A stretch of 64,000 nt of DNA from Christensenella sp. UBA1242 (GTDB taxonomy: Bacteria > Bacillota > Clostridia > Christensenellales > UBA1242), in the NCBI GenBank assembly GCA_002308915.1, contig DBWI01000024.1, positions 2,004 to 66,003 of the forward strand. The letters run 5' to 3'. The first letter of the stretch is position 1, and the number at the start of each line of letters is the position of its first letter. This document shows, piece after piece, positions 18,471 to 28,847 of this stretch. Under the pieces are notes generated by a model, which was not told the origin of the DNA, searched no databases, and saw only the letters and a list, made by a program, of their open reading frames with translations. Made by a program: the position numbers and the translations under genes.

Positions 18471-19049
18471 ATGGATAATAAACAAAGAAGAAAATTATTG
18501 TCAGCAATATACAGAACAATAACATTTTTTTCTGTTCTTGCAATTGGATTAACAATTTATTTGGCAATTGACAAAATTGTAAAAGCAACAAATAATGTTT
18601 TATGGCTAGATATAACATTCTTAAGCGTATCTGGTATATTACTCCTATACATATTGGTTGAAAATGTTAAAACCAAAAAAACATCAAATCAATATGGCGT
18701 TGCTAAATTCTTTTATCATTTCTTTAAACTAAGTTTCTTGGCTGCAATTGTTCTAGCTGTATATTGTTATGTCCAAAATATTGATGTTTTGTCATATGTA
18801 ACTTATGCATTGCCTCTAGGATTGATTTATGGTGTTGAACTTGTTCTTATAATCAACTTAATGCTTGGTATATATTTAACAAGATTAAACAAAAATTCAA
18901 CAATCATTATCGACTCTGCAAGCGAAGTTCCAAATTTTGACGATGAAGTTCAACTAAAAAAGAAATTGAATGAACTTAATAGAAAGTTGGAAATGAAAAA
19001 AATTCAAGACAAAATTGACAAAGTTGAAAAAGAACTTGAAGAAAAATAA
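18471..19049 (+). CDS. hypothetical membrane protein (about 4 TM helices plus a C-terminal coiled coil)
   Basis: Start set to ATG 18471 (MDNKQRRKLL...). Four hydrophobic segments, then a charged heptad-like tail (QLKKKLNELNRKLEMKKIQDKIDKVEKELEEK). No recognisable family motif. Confidence 0.6.
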   Translation: MDNKQRRKLLSAIYRTITFFSVLAIGLTIYLAIDKIVKATNNVLWLDITFLSVSGILLLYILVENVKTKKTSNQYGVAKFFYHFFKLSFLAAIVLAVYCYVQNIDVLSYVTYALPLGLIYGVELVLIINLMLGIYLTRLNKNSTIIIDSASEVPNFDDEVQLKKKLNELNRKLEMKKIQDKIDKVEKELEEK

Positions 19050-19060
19050 TATTACAAATT

Positions 19061-19093
19061 AAAAAGCATCAGTAAACAACTGATGCTTTTTTT
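19061..19093. terminator. bidirectional intrinsic terminator
   Basis: GCATCAG (19066-19072) pairs with CTGATGC (19080-19086), with AAAAA upstream and TTTTTTT downstream. Lies between convergent genes. Confidence 0.8.
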
Positions 19094-19112
19094 ATTCAAA
19101 AATTAAAATAAA

Positions 19113-20141
19113 TTACAATTTAAAACTTATTCTATCTTTTTCTGTATCAATATTTTTTATTTCAACTTCAATTTCTTCACCCAATTTAACAAGTTGATAA
19201 ATTCTTTTATCATTATGTTCTGTTGCATCTGCAACATGTAATAAACCTTCAATTTTGTAATCATTGAGTCTAACAATTGCTCCAAATGCCAAAATTTTAA
19301 CTACAGTTCCCATGTATCTGTCGCCAACTTTTAAAGTTTTTAAAAGTGCAGATCTTGGATTTTCTGTCATTTGTTTTAGTCCAAGTGAAACTTTTTTGTT
19401 TAACTTATCAATTTTTATAACACGAAAATTATATGTTTCGCCTTCTTTAATATATTCATCAATCTTGGTTACTCTTTCATAAGCAATATCTGATATGTGT
19501 ATAAAGCAACTTACGCCATCAACATCAACAAATGCACCATAAGGCATAATTCTTTCAACTTTTCCACTAACAATTTTGTTAATAAAAATACTGCTCCAAA
19601 ACAAATTTTCTTGACTTTCTTTTATTTGCTCTTTAAGCATTTTTACAGAACATACTATACTTTTTGAATCACGGTCAATTTCAGTAACAATACCTGTTAG
19701 TTGCTTGTTAAGGTAATAATTTAAATTTCTAGTTCTTATATCTATTTCATCATGTGGAACAACTAAATTATATAATCCAAGTCTTGAAACCAAACATCCA
19801 TTTTTTATCCCAGTAACATAAAAAGATGTTTCTGACCCTATTTTTAATTTTTCTGCAGTATTAGATCCAATAATGATTTGGTCGGCTAATTTTTTTGAAA
19901 CCAAAATCATTCCTTCATCATTTTTTTCTCCTAAAATAGCAACCTTAAATCTATCTCCAACTTTTACCAAACTGTAATCTTCAAAATCAGTGCTTTTAAT
20001 GAAAGCATCACTCTTTCCACCAATATTAAAAATTGCACCATCTTCTCTTTTTAAGATGATAACACCATCGTAGATATCATCTTTTTTGTATCTAGCAAAA
20101 GTCTTGTCAATTTCGTTTAAGTCAAATTTTATTTCTTCCAT
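19113..20141 (-). CDS. S1 RNA-binding domain protein (ribosomal protein S1 homologue, YpfD-like)
   Basis: 342 aa with four S1/OB repeats (for example VSGKVERIMPYGAFVDV and YMGTVVKILAFGAIVRL). Position after cmk-plsC matches the Bacillus cmk-ypfD arrangement. Confidence 0.8.
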   Translation of the reverse strand: MEEIKFDLNEIDKTFARYKKDDIYDGVIILKREDGAIFNIGGKSDAFIKSTDFEDYSLVKVGDRFKVAILGEKNDEGMILVSKKLADQIIIGSNTAEKLKIGSETSFYVTGIKNGCLVSRLGLYNLVVPHDEIDIRTRNLNYYLNKQLTGIVTEIDRDSKSIVCSVKMLKEQIKESQENLFWSSIFINKIVSGKVERIMPYGAFVDVDGVSCFIHISDIAYERVTKIDEYIKEGETYNFRVIKIDKLNKKVSLGLKQMTENPRSALLKTLKVGDRYMGTVVKILAFGAIVRLNDYKIEGLLHVADATEHNDKRIYQLVKLGEEIEVEIKNIDTEKDRISFKL

Positions 20142-20186
20142 GTTTTCTCCTGTAATTATGTTAGCAGTACAAAAAAAATTTGTCCA

Positions 20187-20753
20187 CTATTTTAATGATT
20201 CTTCTCTAAGTTTGAGTAATTGTTCCTTGATTATTTCCCCACTATTGTCGCTTTGTTCTTTTGTTATATAAAATGGCTCACCAATATATATTGTGTTAAA
20301 TCTAAATAATCTTGGTTTTTTCTTTATCCAAATTGGAACAATTGGTGCAGAAGATTTTACTGCAAAAATGCCAGCACCATTTTTAATTTCCAAAATAGGT
20401 TCTTGGGTTTTATTTCTAGTCCCTTCTGGAAATATTGTTAATGTTTTGTTATTTTTTAATAGTTTTAAACATTGCTTAACTGTTGATATTTCTACATTTT
20501 CTCTATCAATAGGAATTGTTTTCATACCCTTTAAAAATGCACGCAATAAAGGCCTTTTATATAATTCTTTTTTTGCTAAAACATGTTGAGTTCTTGTAAA
20601 AATATTCAAAAGTAATAGTGCATCAATATTACTTAAATGATTGCACACAAAAATGCACTTACCTTTAGGCAACTTGGACTTTCGTTTAACAAAAGTTGGG
20701 TATAACAACCAAAAAGGAATAAATGCAATAATTTTTATAAACCAATAAAACAT
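20187..20753 (-). CDS. plsC: 1-acyl-sn-glycerol-3-phosphate acyltransferase
   Basis: Acyltransferase motifs NHLSNIDALLL (H-x4-D) and FPEGTR. Confidence 0.85.
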   Translation of the reverse strand: MFYWFIKIIAFIPFWLLYPTFVKRKSKLPKGKCIFVCNHLSNIDALLLLNIFTRTQHVLAKKELYKRPLLRAFLKGMKTIPIDRENVEISTVKQCLKLLKNNKTLTIFPEGTRNKTQEPILEIKNGAGIFAVKSSAPIVPIWIKKKPRLFRFNTIYIGEPFYITKEQSDNSGEIIKEQLLKLREESLK

Positions 20754-21409
20754 TATTTCTCCTTAATGAATTTTATGATTTTTTGCAAACTTTGTTCAGT
20801 TGTATCATTTGAAGTGTCAATAAGAATTGCATCATCAGCTTGCTTTAATGGACTAATTTGTCTATGTGTATCATTGTAATCCCTTGCTAGCAAACTTTCT
20901 TTAACTTCATCTAATGTTATTTTTTCTCCATTAGCAACTAGTGTTGCATATCTTCTATTTGCACGAGCATCTATGCTTGCTGTTATAAAGAACTTAAACT
21001 CAGCATTAGGAAAAACTTCAGTCCCAATATCTCTACCTTCAATAACCAAATCATATTTTTCAGCAAATTTGTGTTGTATGTTTTTTACAATTTCTCTAAT
21101 CTCTGGAACTTGTGAAAAAGTTGATGCTTTTGAACTAATATGTGGTAAAGCAACAAAAGGAAGTGTGTTTTCTCCATCAACATAAACAATCTGATCTTTA
21201 CCAACAAACTCAACATCAATTTTGCAAGAAGTTAAAAGATTATGAATCTTTTCACTATCAAGTTCACTAACATTATGCTTATCCAAATAATAAGCAATTG
21301 CCCTAAATATCATACCAGTATTTAGTGAATGAAATTCTAATTCATCTGCCACCATAACTGCCAAAGTAGACTTACCAGCACAAGCTGGTCCATCAATTGC
21401 TATAACCAT
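20753..21409 (-). CDS. cmk: cytidylate kinase
   Basis: IAIDGPACAGKSTLA P-loop. Length and overall sequence are typical of Cmk. Confidence 0.93.
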   Translation of the reverse strand: MVIAIDGPACAGKSTLAVMVADELEFHSLNTGMIFRAIAYYLDKHNVSELDSEKIHNLLTSCKIDVEFVGKDQIVYVDGENTLPFVALPHISSKASTFSQVPEIREIVKNIQHKFAEKYDLVIEGRDIGTEVFPNAEFKFFITASIDARANRRYATLVANGEKITLDEVKESLLARDYNDTHRQISPLKQADDAILIDTSNDTTEQSLQKIIKFIKEK

Positions 21410-22623
21410 TTACTTATCACTCCTTTTGCTGCACTATTTGCTGTGGAAAGTGCAATTTGAATATTATAACCACCAGTAAGAGCATCAACATCCAATACTT
21501 CACCTGCAAAAAACAAATTTTCAACTAATTTGCTTTCCATTGTTTTTGGATTAATTTGTTTTGTATCAACTCCACCATTAGTAATTATAGCATAATCGAT
21601 GTCATATAATCTATCAAAATCAAGCTTAAATTTCTTTAACCCATCAACTATTTTTCTTCTAATCTCAATAGTGATTGAATTAGCTTTAAGTTTTTCATCA
21701 ATTCCAATTTGATTTAAAAATACACTAATTAAATTTTTTGGAAGCAAGTTCTTTAATATATTATTTATCTGTAAATTTTTGTTTTCATCAAACTCACGTA
21801 ATAATCTGTTTTCTAACTTTTCAAATGTTAAAGCTGGCTTGAAATCAATAAACAAATCGATATTAGAAATTTTGTTAATATAACTAGATATTGTTAGTGC
21901 AATAGGTCCACTTATACCATCTCTTGTGAATAACATTTCACCAAATTCACTTTTTATTAGTTTGTTATTTGAATATGCAGACAATTCTACATTCTTCAAA
22001 CTAAGTCCTTCAAGCTCTTTTATGTAGGAATTTTTTAATTTTATTGGACAAAGAGCTGGTCTTTGTTCAATTATGTTATGCCCAAACTTTTTTGCAATTT
22101 TGTAACCAAATCCAGTACTGCCAGTTGCCTTATAAGATAATCCGCCTGTACAGACAACCAATGAATCTGATTTATAATCACCCACATTAGTTTTAACAAC
22201 AAAAGAATTTTCATCTTTATACACATCTTTTACTTCTGTGTTAAGCAAAACTTTTACACCAGAATTTTGACATCTGTTTTGCAAAGCCTTGATAATATCA
22301 CTAGATTTGTCGCTAACTGGGAATACTCTATTACCTCTTTCTGTTTTTAATTCAATACCTTCGCTTTGTATCATATCAATTGTATCACTTGGAGAAAATG
22401 AAAATATGCTACCATATAAAAACTTTGAATTAGTCACAACATTGCTTAAAAAATCTTGTGGTAAACAATTATTTGTGACATTACATCTACCTTTGCCTGT
22501 TATATATAATTTTTTGCCAAGTTTTTCATTTTTTTCAATCAATATCACTTCATGCCCAGCGTTTGAAATAATACTAGAAGAAAACATGCCACTTGGACCA
22601 CCACCAATAACTATTACTTTCAT
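21400..22623 (-). CDS. NAD(P)/FAD-dependent oxidoreductase, HI0933/YhiN family
   Basis: N-terminal VIVIGGGPSGMF dinucleotide motif, TGKGRCNVTN, and a C-terminal FAGEVLDVDALTGGYN motif typical of the HI0933-like family. Confidence 0.8.
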   Translation of the reverse strand: MKVIVIGGGPSGMFSSSIISNAGHEVILIEKNEKLGKKLYITGKGRCNVTNNCLPQDFLSNVVTNSKFLYGSIFSFSPSDTIDMIQSEGIELKTERGNRVFPVSDKSSDIIKALQNRCQNSGVKVLLNTEVKDVYKDENSFVVKTNVGDYKSDSLVVCTGGLSYKATGSTGFGYKIAKKFGHNIIEQRPALCPIKLKNSYIKELEGLSLKNVELSAYSNNKLIKSEFGEMLFTRDGISGPIALTISSYINKISNIDLFIDFKPALTFEKLENRLLREFDENKNLQINNILKNLLPKNLISVFLNQIGIDEKLKANSITIEIRRKIVDGLKKFKLDFDRLYDIDYAIITNGGVDTKQINPKTMESKLVENLFFAGEVLDVDALTGGYNIQIALSTANSAAKGVISKWL

Positions 22624-23327
22624 TTTTCTCCTAATAGGCTACAAATTTCAAAATCATTCAATGGTCTATATTCTCCTCTGCTTAGCCCACCTAATTTTAT
22701 TTCACCTATTCTTACTCTTTTTAACAGTTTTATATTTTTGCCAATTGCTTCAAACATTCTTCTAATTTGTCTATTTTTACCTTCATGAATAACTACTGAC
22801 AGTTTTGCATCACCATTAATCAATTCCAAAAACTCAACTTTTGCTTTTGGCATTCTTACACCTTTTTCTACAACGCCATTTCTTAAAACAGCAAGTTCAC
22901 TTTCAAGTATGCCACCTTCAATTTTAACAATATATTCTTTTTCGGTCTCATGCGATGGATGACTAATCTTTTGAGCCAAATCACCATCATTTGTTAGAAT
23001 AATTAAACCTTCTGTATCATAGTCAAGTCTTCCAATTGTAAATAATCTTACATCGCTTTTTACAATGTCAAAAACAGTTTTTCTACCTCTATCGTCCATT
23101 GCACTACAAATATAACCTTTAGGTTTATTTAATTTGTAATAGACATAGTTAGAAGGCAAACTTAATTGTTTGCCTTCTAACTCAACTTTGTCTTTTTTTA
23201 CATTAACATCATATGACAAATCTGTTATAACTTTTCCGTTGACAAATACTTTGCCATCAATAACAAATTGTTCACTTTTTCTTCTTGAGGCAACTCCACA
23301 AAGTGCCAAATATTTGTTTATTCGCAT
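22620..23327 (-). CDS. rluB: pseudouridine synthase, RsuA/RluB family
   Basis: S4 domain (MRINKYLALCGVASRRKSE) and catalytic GRLDYDTEGLIILTNDG motif. Confidence 0.88.
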   Translation of the reverse strand: MRINKYLALCGVASRRKSEQFVIDGKVFVNGKVITDLSYDVNVKKDKVELEGKQLSLPSNYVYYKLNKPKGYICSAMDDRGRKTVFDIVKSDVRLFTIGRLDYDTEGLIILTNDGDLAQKISHPSHETEKEYIVKIEGGILESELAVLRNGVVEKGVRMPKAKVEFLELINGDAKLSVVIHEGKNRQIRRMFEAIGKNIKLLKRVRIGEIKLGGLSRGEYRPLNDFEICSLLGEK

Positions 23328-23330
23328 TCC

Positions 23331-24467
23331 TCACCATTTGGAAATTATTCTTTGAATACTTCCACCTACACTATTAGATTTTACATCTTCCATAGTATAT
23401 ATTTTTTCAGAAAATAGCAAGCAATTATCGAAATATATTTTTACTTCACCAACAATTGTATCTCTTTTTACTGGTGCTTTTAAGCATTCTATTTCATCAA
23501 CTAGTACTTGAACTTTTAATTCTTCTTGTTTGGTTAAAGGATAACAAAACTCTTTTTGAGTGTATGATTTTATTTCTGCCTTTTTACCATCTTCTATAAT
23601 TATATTATTTTGAATTGAATAAGCCGGCAGCAATTTAACCATGTTATATTTTGAAAAGCAATTTTCCATATGTGCAGCACTCTCTTCAAACATTGGACCA
23701 CAATTTAATACAACACATATCAAATGCATTTTGCCTCTTTTGCAACTAGAAACCAAACATCTTCCTGCATCGTCTGTGTATCCTGTTTTTACTCCATTTG
23801 CACCTTCCAGTGTCCACAATAACTTATTCTTATTTTTCAGGTATCTATAATCGTTTTCTCCGTTTGAAACCTTTGTATTTTTACATGAGACAATTTCTTC
23901 AAAAATTTCATATTTATAACATTCTCTTGCAATTTGAGCCAAATCATATGCAGTTGTCTTGTGGCCATTTTCATCTAATCCATGTGGATTTTTGAATATT
24001 GTATTTTTGGCTCCAGCATCTTTTGCATCACTTGTCATCAACTCTGCAAAATCTGATATAGAATTACATACATGCAATGCTAATGCTGTTGCTGCATCAT
24101 TACCAGAAACAAGCATCATTCCATAAAGTAACTCTTTTATAGTTAATTTTTCACCTTTTTTCAAATAAATTGATGTTCCACTTACCCCAACTGCTCTTGG
24201 GTCAATTTCTATTTGTTCATCTAAATTTTTACAATGCTTTAATACAGTTAAAAAGGTTGCAATTTTTGTTGTGCTTGCATTTGGTAATTGTAAATCTTCA
24301 TTTAAACTTTCAAGAACTCTATTTGAATTAGCTTCAATAACAATCATAGCCTTTGCAGAATTTTGATCAGCAAAGACTATTTTATTGTTATGAATCGATA
24401 CCACTGGTAAACTAAATATAAAAATAAAAATTAGTAAAATATAAATATATTTGCGACTATTTATCAT
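23331..24467 (-). CDS. D-alanyl-D-alanine carboxypeptidase (S11, PBP5 family)
   Basis: Signal peptide, SxxK (ASTTKIAT), SGN (VSGNDAA) and KTG (VKTGYT) motifs. Start set to ATG 24467, which has GGTGGAG 9 nt upstream. Confidence 0.88.
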   Translation of the reverse strand: MINSRKYIYILLIFIFIFSLPVVSIHNNKIVFADQNSAKAMIVIEANSNRVLESLNEDLQLPNASTTKIATFLTVLKHCKNLDEQIEIDPRAVGVSGTSIYLKKGEKLTIKELLYGMMLVSGNDAATALALHVCNSISDFAELMTSDAKDAGAKNTIFKNPHGLDENGHKTTAYDLAQIARECYKYEIFEEIVSCKNTKVSNGENDYRYLKNKNKLLWTLEGANGVKTGYTDDAGRCLVSSCKRGKMHLICVVLNCGPMFEESAAHMENCFSKYNMVKLLPAYSIQNNIIIEDGKKAEIKSYTQKEFCYPLTKQEELKVQVLVDEIECLKAPVKRDTIVGEVKIYFDNCLLFSEKIYTMEDVKSNSVGGSIQRIISKW

Positions 24468-24834
24468 TCTTATCATCTCCACCAAATCTTTTTGCTATTG
24501 CGTTAATGATATTTAACATAGTTTGATATGAACTTTTGTTCTCAATATCAATATATTTAACGTTATTGTCATCTTCAACAATAAAACCAATAGGCGTTAC
24601 AGAAACACCTCCGCCACTACCACCAGCCATTGGATAAGGAAGCTTTTTTGAAATTGAATTGTACTGCCCACCACCAACAACAAAACCAACTGAAACTTTG
24701 CTGACTGGAATTAAAATGTTGCCTGTTGGGCTTATGATTGGATCGCCAATAATTGTACTGGTTCTAGCTAAATCCTTTATATTACTGATTGAAGAATTAA
24801 TAAAATCATCAATATAGTTCTCATTGTTTTCCAT
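24457..24834 (-). CDS. ytfJ: sporulation protein YtfJ (GerW family)
   Basis: IGDPIISPTGNILIPVSKVSVGFVVGGGQY and GGSGGGVSVTPIGFIV are hallmark GerW/YtfJ motifs. Confidence 0.88.
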   Translation of the reverse strand: MENNENYIDDFINSSISNIKDLARTSTIIGDPIISPTGNILIPVSKVSVGFVVGGGQYNSISKKLPYPMAGGSGGGVSVTPIGFIVEDDNNVKYIDIENKSSYQTMLNIINAIAKRFGGDDKNDK

Positions 24835-25408
24835 AATACCTCCTCAAACTGAAAACTGAACAAATAAAACTAAACAAAACATCAAAAATAGAAATTACAA
24901 AACTTGAGTATACACAAACTAAAAAACAATCATTATTAAAACTTGGATATATTTTGTAATCAATGCTACACATTGGTTTTTTGTTTTTTATATAGCAAAA
25001 CAATGTTTTTAATAATATCAACATATTACCATTTATCACAGCAGTATTTTTGGCATCACTAGTGCCTATTTTTGAATAAACACATATTTGTCTTGGTTGT
25101 ATTTTATCTTTTAAGTTTGAAATAAATTGTTGCATAAACATAACGGATTTTGAAGAAAAGGAAAATTTTATTTCTTTCTTCTTTTTTGAATACATAAAAA
25201 TTTTATTATCTTTAACATATACCCGTATAATGCGTATTTTTATATTCCATAAATATAAAACCATAATTCCTGTTAAGCTTTTTGCATCAATTGATAGCTT
25301 AATTTTAACTAATAAAGGAAGTACTAATATGATAATAAAAAATAGTGGTATGAGAAAAAATAAATTTTCCATATCACTATTATTTGTTAATGCAATAAAT
25401 TTATTCAA
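24821..25408 (-). CDS. DUF2953-like membrane protein (YtfI-like)
   Basis: N-terminal TM segment plus a basic beta-rich body. Position immediately upstream of ytfJ mirrors ytfI-ytfJ. The call rests mainly on synteny. Confidence 0.5.
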   Translation of the reverse strand: MNKFIALTNNSDMENLFFLIPLFFIIILVLPLLVKIKLSIDAKSLTGIMVLYLWNIKIRIIRVYVKDNKIFMYSKKKKEIKFSFSSKSVMFMQQFISNLKDKIQPRQICVYSKIGTSDAKNTAVINGNMLILLKTLFCYIKNKKPMCSIDYKIYPSFNNDCFLVCVYSSFVISIFDVLFSFICSVFSLRRYYGKQ

Positions 25409-26158
25409 TTATTGTTGCTCATCGTCTTCTGTCTTTTGTGTAAAGTCCATTCTTTGAATGTTATTTGCTTTTAGTATTTCATCAATAACATCCAACTTGG
25501 CTTGATCTTCTGCTTTAATTCTCTTTACATCTTCTTCATTCTTTAAGAAGTCAGGAATCTCTTCTTCATCAGGCACATCATATGCTCTATAAAGTCCGTC
25601 CGTAGCAAGTTGATTATCATATGTTTCACTTCTAATAACATTGATTCTTTCTAATAATTCTTCATAATCAGGCAAATCATTTATATCTTTTAACCCAAAG
25701 CGCTTTAGAAACTCATCTGTTGTTCCAAACATATATGGCTTGCCAACAGCATCTTTTCTTCCAACTATTTCTATCATTTTGTTATCAAGCAAAACCTGTA
25801 TTGCATAATCTGCAGAATTGATTTTTCTTATTTCTTCAATTTCTAGTTTTGTTATTGGTTGCTTGTATGCAATTATTGCAACAGTTTCTAATGCAGCTTT
25901 TGTTAATGCCTTTTCTCTTATTGGATTTAATACTGTTGATATTTCTTCAGCATACGCTGGATTTGAACACAACTGAATTTTGTTTTTATATTCAATGATA
26001 TGTATTCCACAATCACCAGCAAACTCTTGTTTTAATTCTTCAACTATTTTATTGAATGTTTTTTTGTCTATCTCTAACTTTTCCATAATAGCATCACATT
26101 CAACACCTTCACCCGCAATAAATAGAACAGCCTTAATTATTTCCTTCAACTTCTTCAT
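25409..26158 (-). CDS. scpB: segregation and condensation protein B
   Basis: IKAVLFIAGEGV N-terminus and two wHTH repeats. Follows scpA. Carries an acidic C-terminal tail longer than usual. Confidence 0.88.
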   Translation of the reverse strand: MKKLKEIIKAVLFIAGEGVECDAIMEKLEIDKKTFNKIVEELKQEFAGDCGIHIIEYKNKIQLCSNPAYAEEISTVLNPIREKALTKAALETVAIIAYKQPITKLEIEEIRKINSADYAIQVLLDNKMIEIVGRKDAVGKPYMFGTTDEFLKRFGLKDINDLPDYEELLERINVIRSETYDNQLATDGLYRAYDVPDEEEIPDFLKNEEDVKRIKAEDQAKLDVIDEILKANNIQRMDFTQKTEDDEQQ

Positions 26159-26936
26159 CTAGTTCAATCTCCTTATCAATTCCTTCTTCGTTTGCAATAA
26201 TATCAATCTCGCCAAAAATCGTTGTTTGTTGAGCCTTAATGAATTGTCGTTTCAACAATTCTAGTAAAGCCAAAAATGTGTTAATAAGCTCACTTTTTGT
26301 TAAATCATCTTCAAACAACTCCGTAAACTTTATCATCTTTTTATCTCTAATTACATTTTTTATGCTAATCATTTTTTCGGCAACAGTAAATCTGTCTTTT
26401 GAAATTTGCTTTGGCTCAATTTCAATCATCTTTTTTGGTGCTGTTGCCATCATTATTGCAAAAGCATCAAGCATCAAATCCAATGACATATCTTTTAGAA
26501 TAATTTTTACATTACCTGCCATTTTGTCTGGTTTTTTGTACATTGTATCAATATCTTCTTGATTTGCCAACTTTTCACTTGCTTCTCTGAATAACTTTAA
26601 TTCTTTTAACCTAGCAAGAAGATTTGCTTCTGGATCATCTTCAATTTCTTCTTCTTCACCATCTGGTGGAAGCAATGTTCTAGATTTAATTTCAATAAGT
26701 TGTGCAGCTATTTCAATAAATTCACTTGCGTTTTCCATATCAAGCTCTTCAATGCCTGCAATATATTCAAGATATTGTTCAGTTAAGTCAGACAACTTTA
26801 CTGTTTCAATGTCCATCTTGTTGTTTTTTATAATTTCAAGCAACAAGTCAAGTGGGCCTTCAAAATTTTCAAGCTTAACTGTGTACTTATCTATAGACTC
26901 ATAATCAATTTCTTCTTCCACTAGAACAACCTCCAA
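26133..26936 (-). CDS. scpA: segregation and condensation protein A (kleisin)
   Basis: LENFEGPLDLLLEIIKNNKMDI N-terminal kleisin motif. Paired with scpB. Confidence 0.9.
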   Translation of the reverse strand: MEVVLVEEEIDYESIDKYTVKLENFEGPLDLLLEIIKNNKMDIETVKLSDLTEQYLEYIAGIEELDMENASEFIEIAAQLIEIKSRTLLPPDGEEEEIEDDPEANLLARLKELKLFREASEKLANQEDIDTMYKKPDKMAGNVKIILKDMSLDLMLDAFAIMMATAPKKMIEIEPKQISKDRFTVAEKMISIKNVIRDKKMIKFTELFEDDLTKSELINTFLALLELLKRQFIKAQQTTIFGEIDIIANEEGIDKEIELDEEVEGNN

Positions 26937-27583
26937 AAACTTAAAAACAAATCCAATATTCCATTTGTTATATAGGAATGAACATAATCAAATACAGGCA
27001 AAATCAATATAATAATCAAAATAATCATTCCATACCTTTGCATAAACTCTATAAACCTATTATTTGGTTTTGTTAATGCCTTGATAACATTAAAACCATC
27101 AAGTGGAAATACTGGAATCAAGTTAAAAATAAACAACGATATATTTATAATAACAGAATAAACTAAAAAGTACTTCAAAAATACCATAAATAAGTTTAAT
27201 GAATCAAAAATATATCCAATTGTAAAATAGTAAATCCCAGAAAATATAAATGCCAAAATAATATTTGAAATTACTCCTGCTAAAGATACAAGGACCATTG
27301 ACCTTTTGTAATGTTTGAAATACATTGGATTTACTGCAACAGGCTTTGCCCAACCAAAGCCAAAGAATATTAAAAACAAAAATCCCATAGGGTCAATATG
27401 CTTTATAGGGTTCAGACTCATTCTTCCAAGAGCTTTGGCTGTTGGATCCCCACATTTGTAAGCAACAAAGGCATGTGAAAATTCATGTACACAAAAAGAA
27501 ATCATAAGCGCAAGCATATAACCAATTAGTAGTGCCAATATTTCTAAAAATGATAAATTTGAGCCAATTAAACTATATAACAT
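26921..27583 (-). CDS. M50/site-2-protease-family membrane metalloprotease
   Basis: HEFSHAFVAYKCGDPTA (HExxH in a TM helix) and a downstream FNLIPVFPLDG motif. Confidence 0.85.
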   Translation of the reverse strand: MLYSLIGSNLSFLEILALLIGYMLALMISFCVHEFSHAFVAYKCGDPTAKALGRMSLNPIKHIDPMGFLFLIFFGFGWAKPVAVNPMYFKHYKRSMVLVSLAGVISNIILAFIFSGIYYFTIGYIFDSLNLFMVFLKYFLVYSVIINISLFIFNLIPVFPLDGFNVIKALTKPNNRFIEFMQRYGMIILIIILILPVFDYVHSYITNGILDLFLSFWRLF

Positions 27584-27630
27584 ACTTTATATATTATACA
27601 TATATATTAGTATTTTTGCAAGAAAAAGTT

Positions 27631-27658
27631 AAAAAAATTAACCTCATAATGAGGTTAA
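27631..27658 (-). terminator. intrinsic terminator after the dacF-like gene
   Basis: Minus strand: TTAACCTC-attat-GAGGTTAA followed by TTTTTTT, starting 4 nt after the stop codon. Confidence 0.85.
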
Positions 27659-27662
27659 TTTT

Positions 27663-28820
27663 TTACCACTCATTAGCAATCTTCTTAATGCCATCAAAGT
27701 AACTTATTACTTCCAAATCTTGCTTTGTTATTAGTTCAATATTTTTTATTACTTGACCATTTTTTGTTATGGTTAAAAAGCCAACAACAGAATTTGATTT
27801 TAATGGTGCTTTTATTTCATTAATATTGTACTCAATACTATAGCCACTATTATCGCCTTTTTTGCACAATCCAAAATAACTTTCTTTTGCATATAAATCA
27901 ACTATGTTTGTTTTGCTTTTAATAACTTGTACCCCTTTTAAAATTGGTAATTCACTATCAATCAACATCTTATTTTCAAAGTTTGCAAAACCATAATTAA
28001 ACAAATTAGAAACTCCCGAAAATCTATCTTGACTTGTTTTTGCTCCAATAACAACAGCTATCAACCTAAAATCACCCCGGATTGCTGATGCCGTCAAACA
28101 ATATCCCGCTTCATTCGTTGACCCAGTTTTTCCACTATCACAACCTTTGTAATATCTTACTAACTTATTTGTATTTACTAATTCAGTTGTTCTGCCAGAA
28201 GGATGTGTTAAAGTATCCATCCAAGTTGTACTTATGGTATGATAATGCTCAAAACTAATTATTTTTTTTAAAATCTTTGCACAATCGCTTGCACATGAAT
28301 ATTGTTCTGGTGCTGGAAGCCCAGTACAATTAACATATACTGTGTTATTCATACCAAGCTCTTTTGCTCTTTTGTTCATTTTTGAAACAAAAACTTCTTC
28401 GCTCCCAGATATTTGTTCAGCAAGAGCAACACTGGCATCATTTGCTGAAGCCATTATAACACTCCTAAGCAAATCTTCGGTTTTATATTCAACATATGGA
28501 TCAATAAAAACTTGAGAACCACCCATTCCTGAAGCATTTTCTGAAGTTGTAATCATTGTATCAAGAGTTAAATTACCTGCTTCAATCTCTTCATATGTTA
28601 AAAGTATTGTCATAAGTTTAACCATACTTGCAATAGGAAACCTTGCATTTTGGTTATTCTCAAATAAAACTGTATCTGTATTGTAATCAACAAGCAAACA
28701 AGCTTTGGCATCAACTGGTACATCATCAGCATATACTATTTTGTTGTTTGTAAAAACACTACATATAGTAGATGTAATAAGTAGTAATATACTAAATATA
28801 ATAAAACAACTTTTCTTCAT
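27663..28820 (-). CDS. D-alanyl-D-alanine carboxypeptidase (DacF-like, S11)
   Basis: Signal peptide, SxxK (ASMVKLMT), SxN (ASANDAS) and KTG (GKTGST). Adjacency to punA and spoIIM resembles the Bacillus dacF-punA...spoIIM neighbourhood. Confidence 0.85.
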   Translation of the reverse strand: MKKSCFIIFSILLLITSTICSVFTNNKIVYADDVPVDAKACLLVDYNTDTVLFENNQNARFPIASMVKLMTILLTYEEIEAGNLTLDTMITTSENASGMGGSQVFIDPYVEYKTEDLLRSVIMASANDASVALAEQISGSEEVFVSKMNKRAKELGMNNTVYVNCTGLPAPEQYSCASDCAKILKKIISFEHYHTISTTWMDTLTHPSGRTTELVNTNKLVRYYKGCDSGKTGSTNEAGYCLTASAIRGDFRLIAVVIGAKTSQDRFSGVSNLFNYGFANFENKMLIDSELPILKGVQVIKSKTNIVDLYAKESYFGLCKKGDNSGYSIEYNINEIKAPLKSNSVVGFLTITKNGQVIKNIELITKQDLEVISYFDGIKKIANEW

Positions 28821-28847
28821 AAAAAAAATACTCCTTTCATAGGAGTA
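28821..28847 (-). terminator. intrinsic terminator after punA whose 3' arm is the SD of the next gene
   Basis: Minus strand: TACTCCT-atgaa-AGGAGTA (28847-28829), then TTTTTTTT (28828-28821), then directly ATG 28820. Confidence 0.7.
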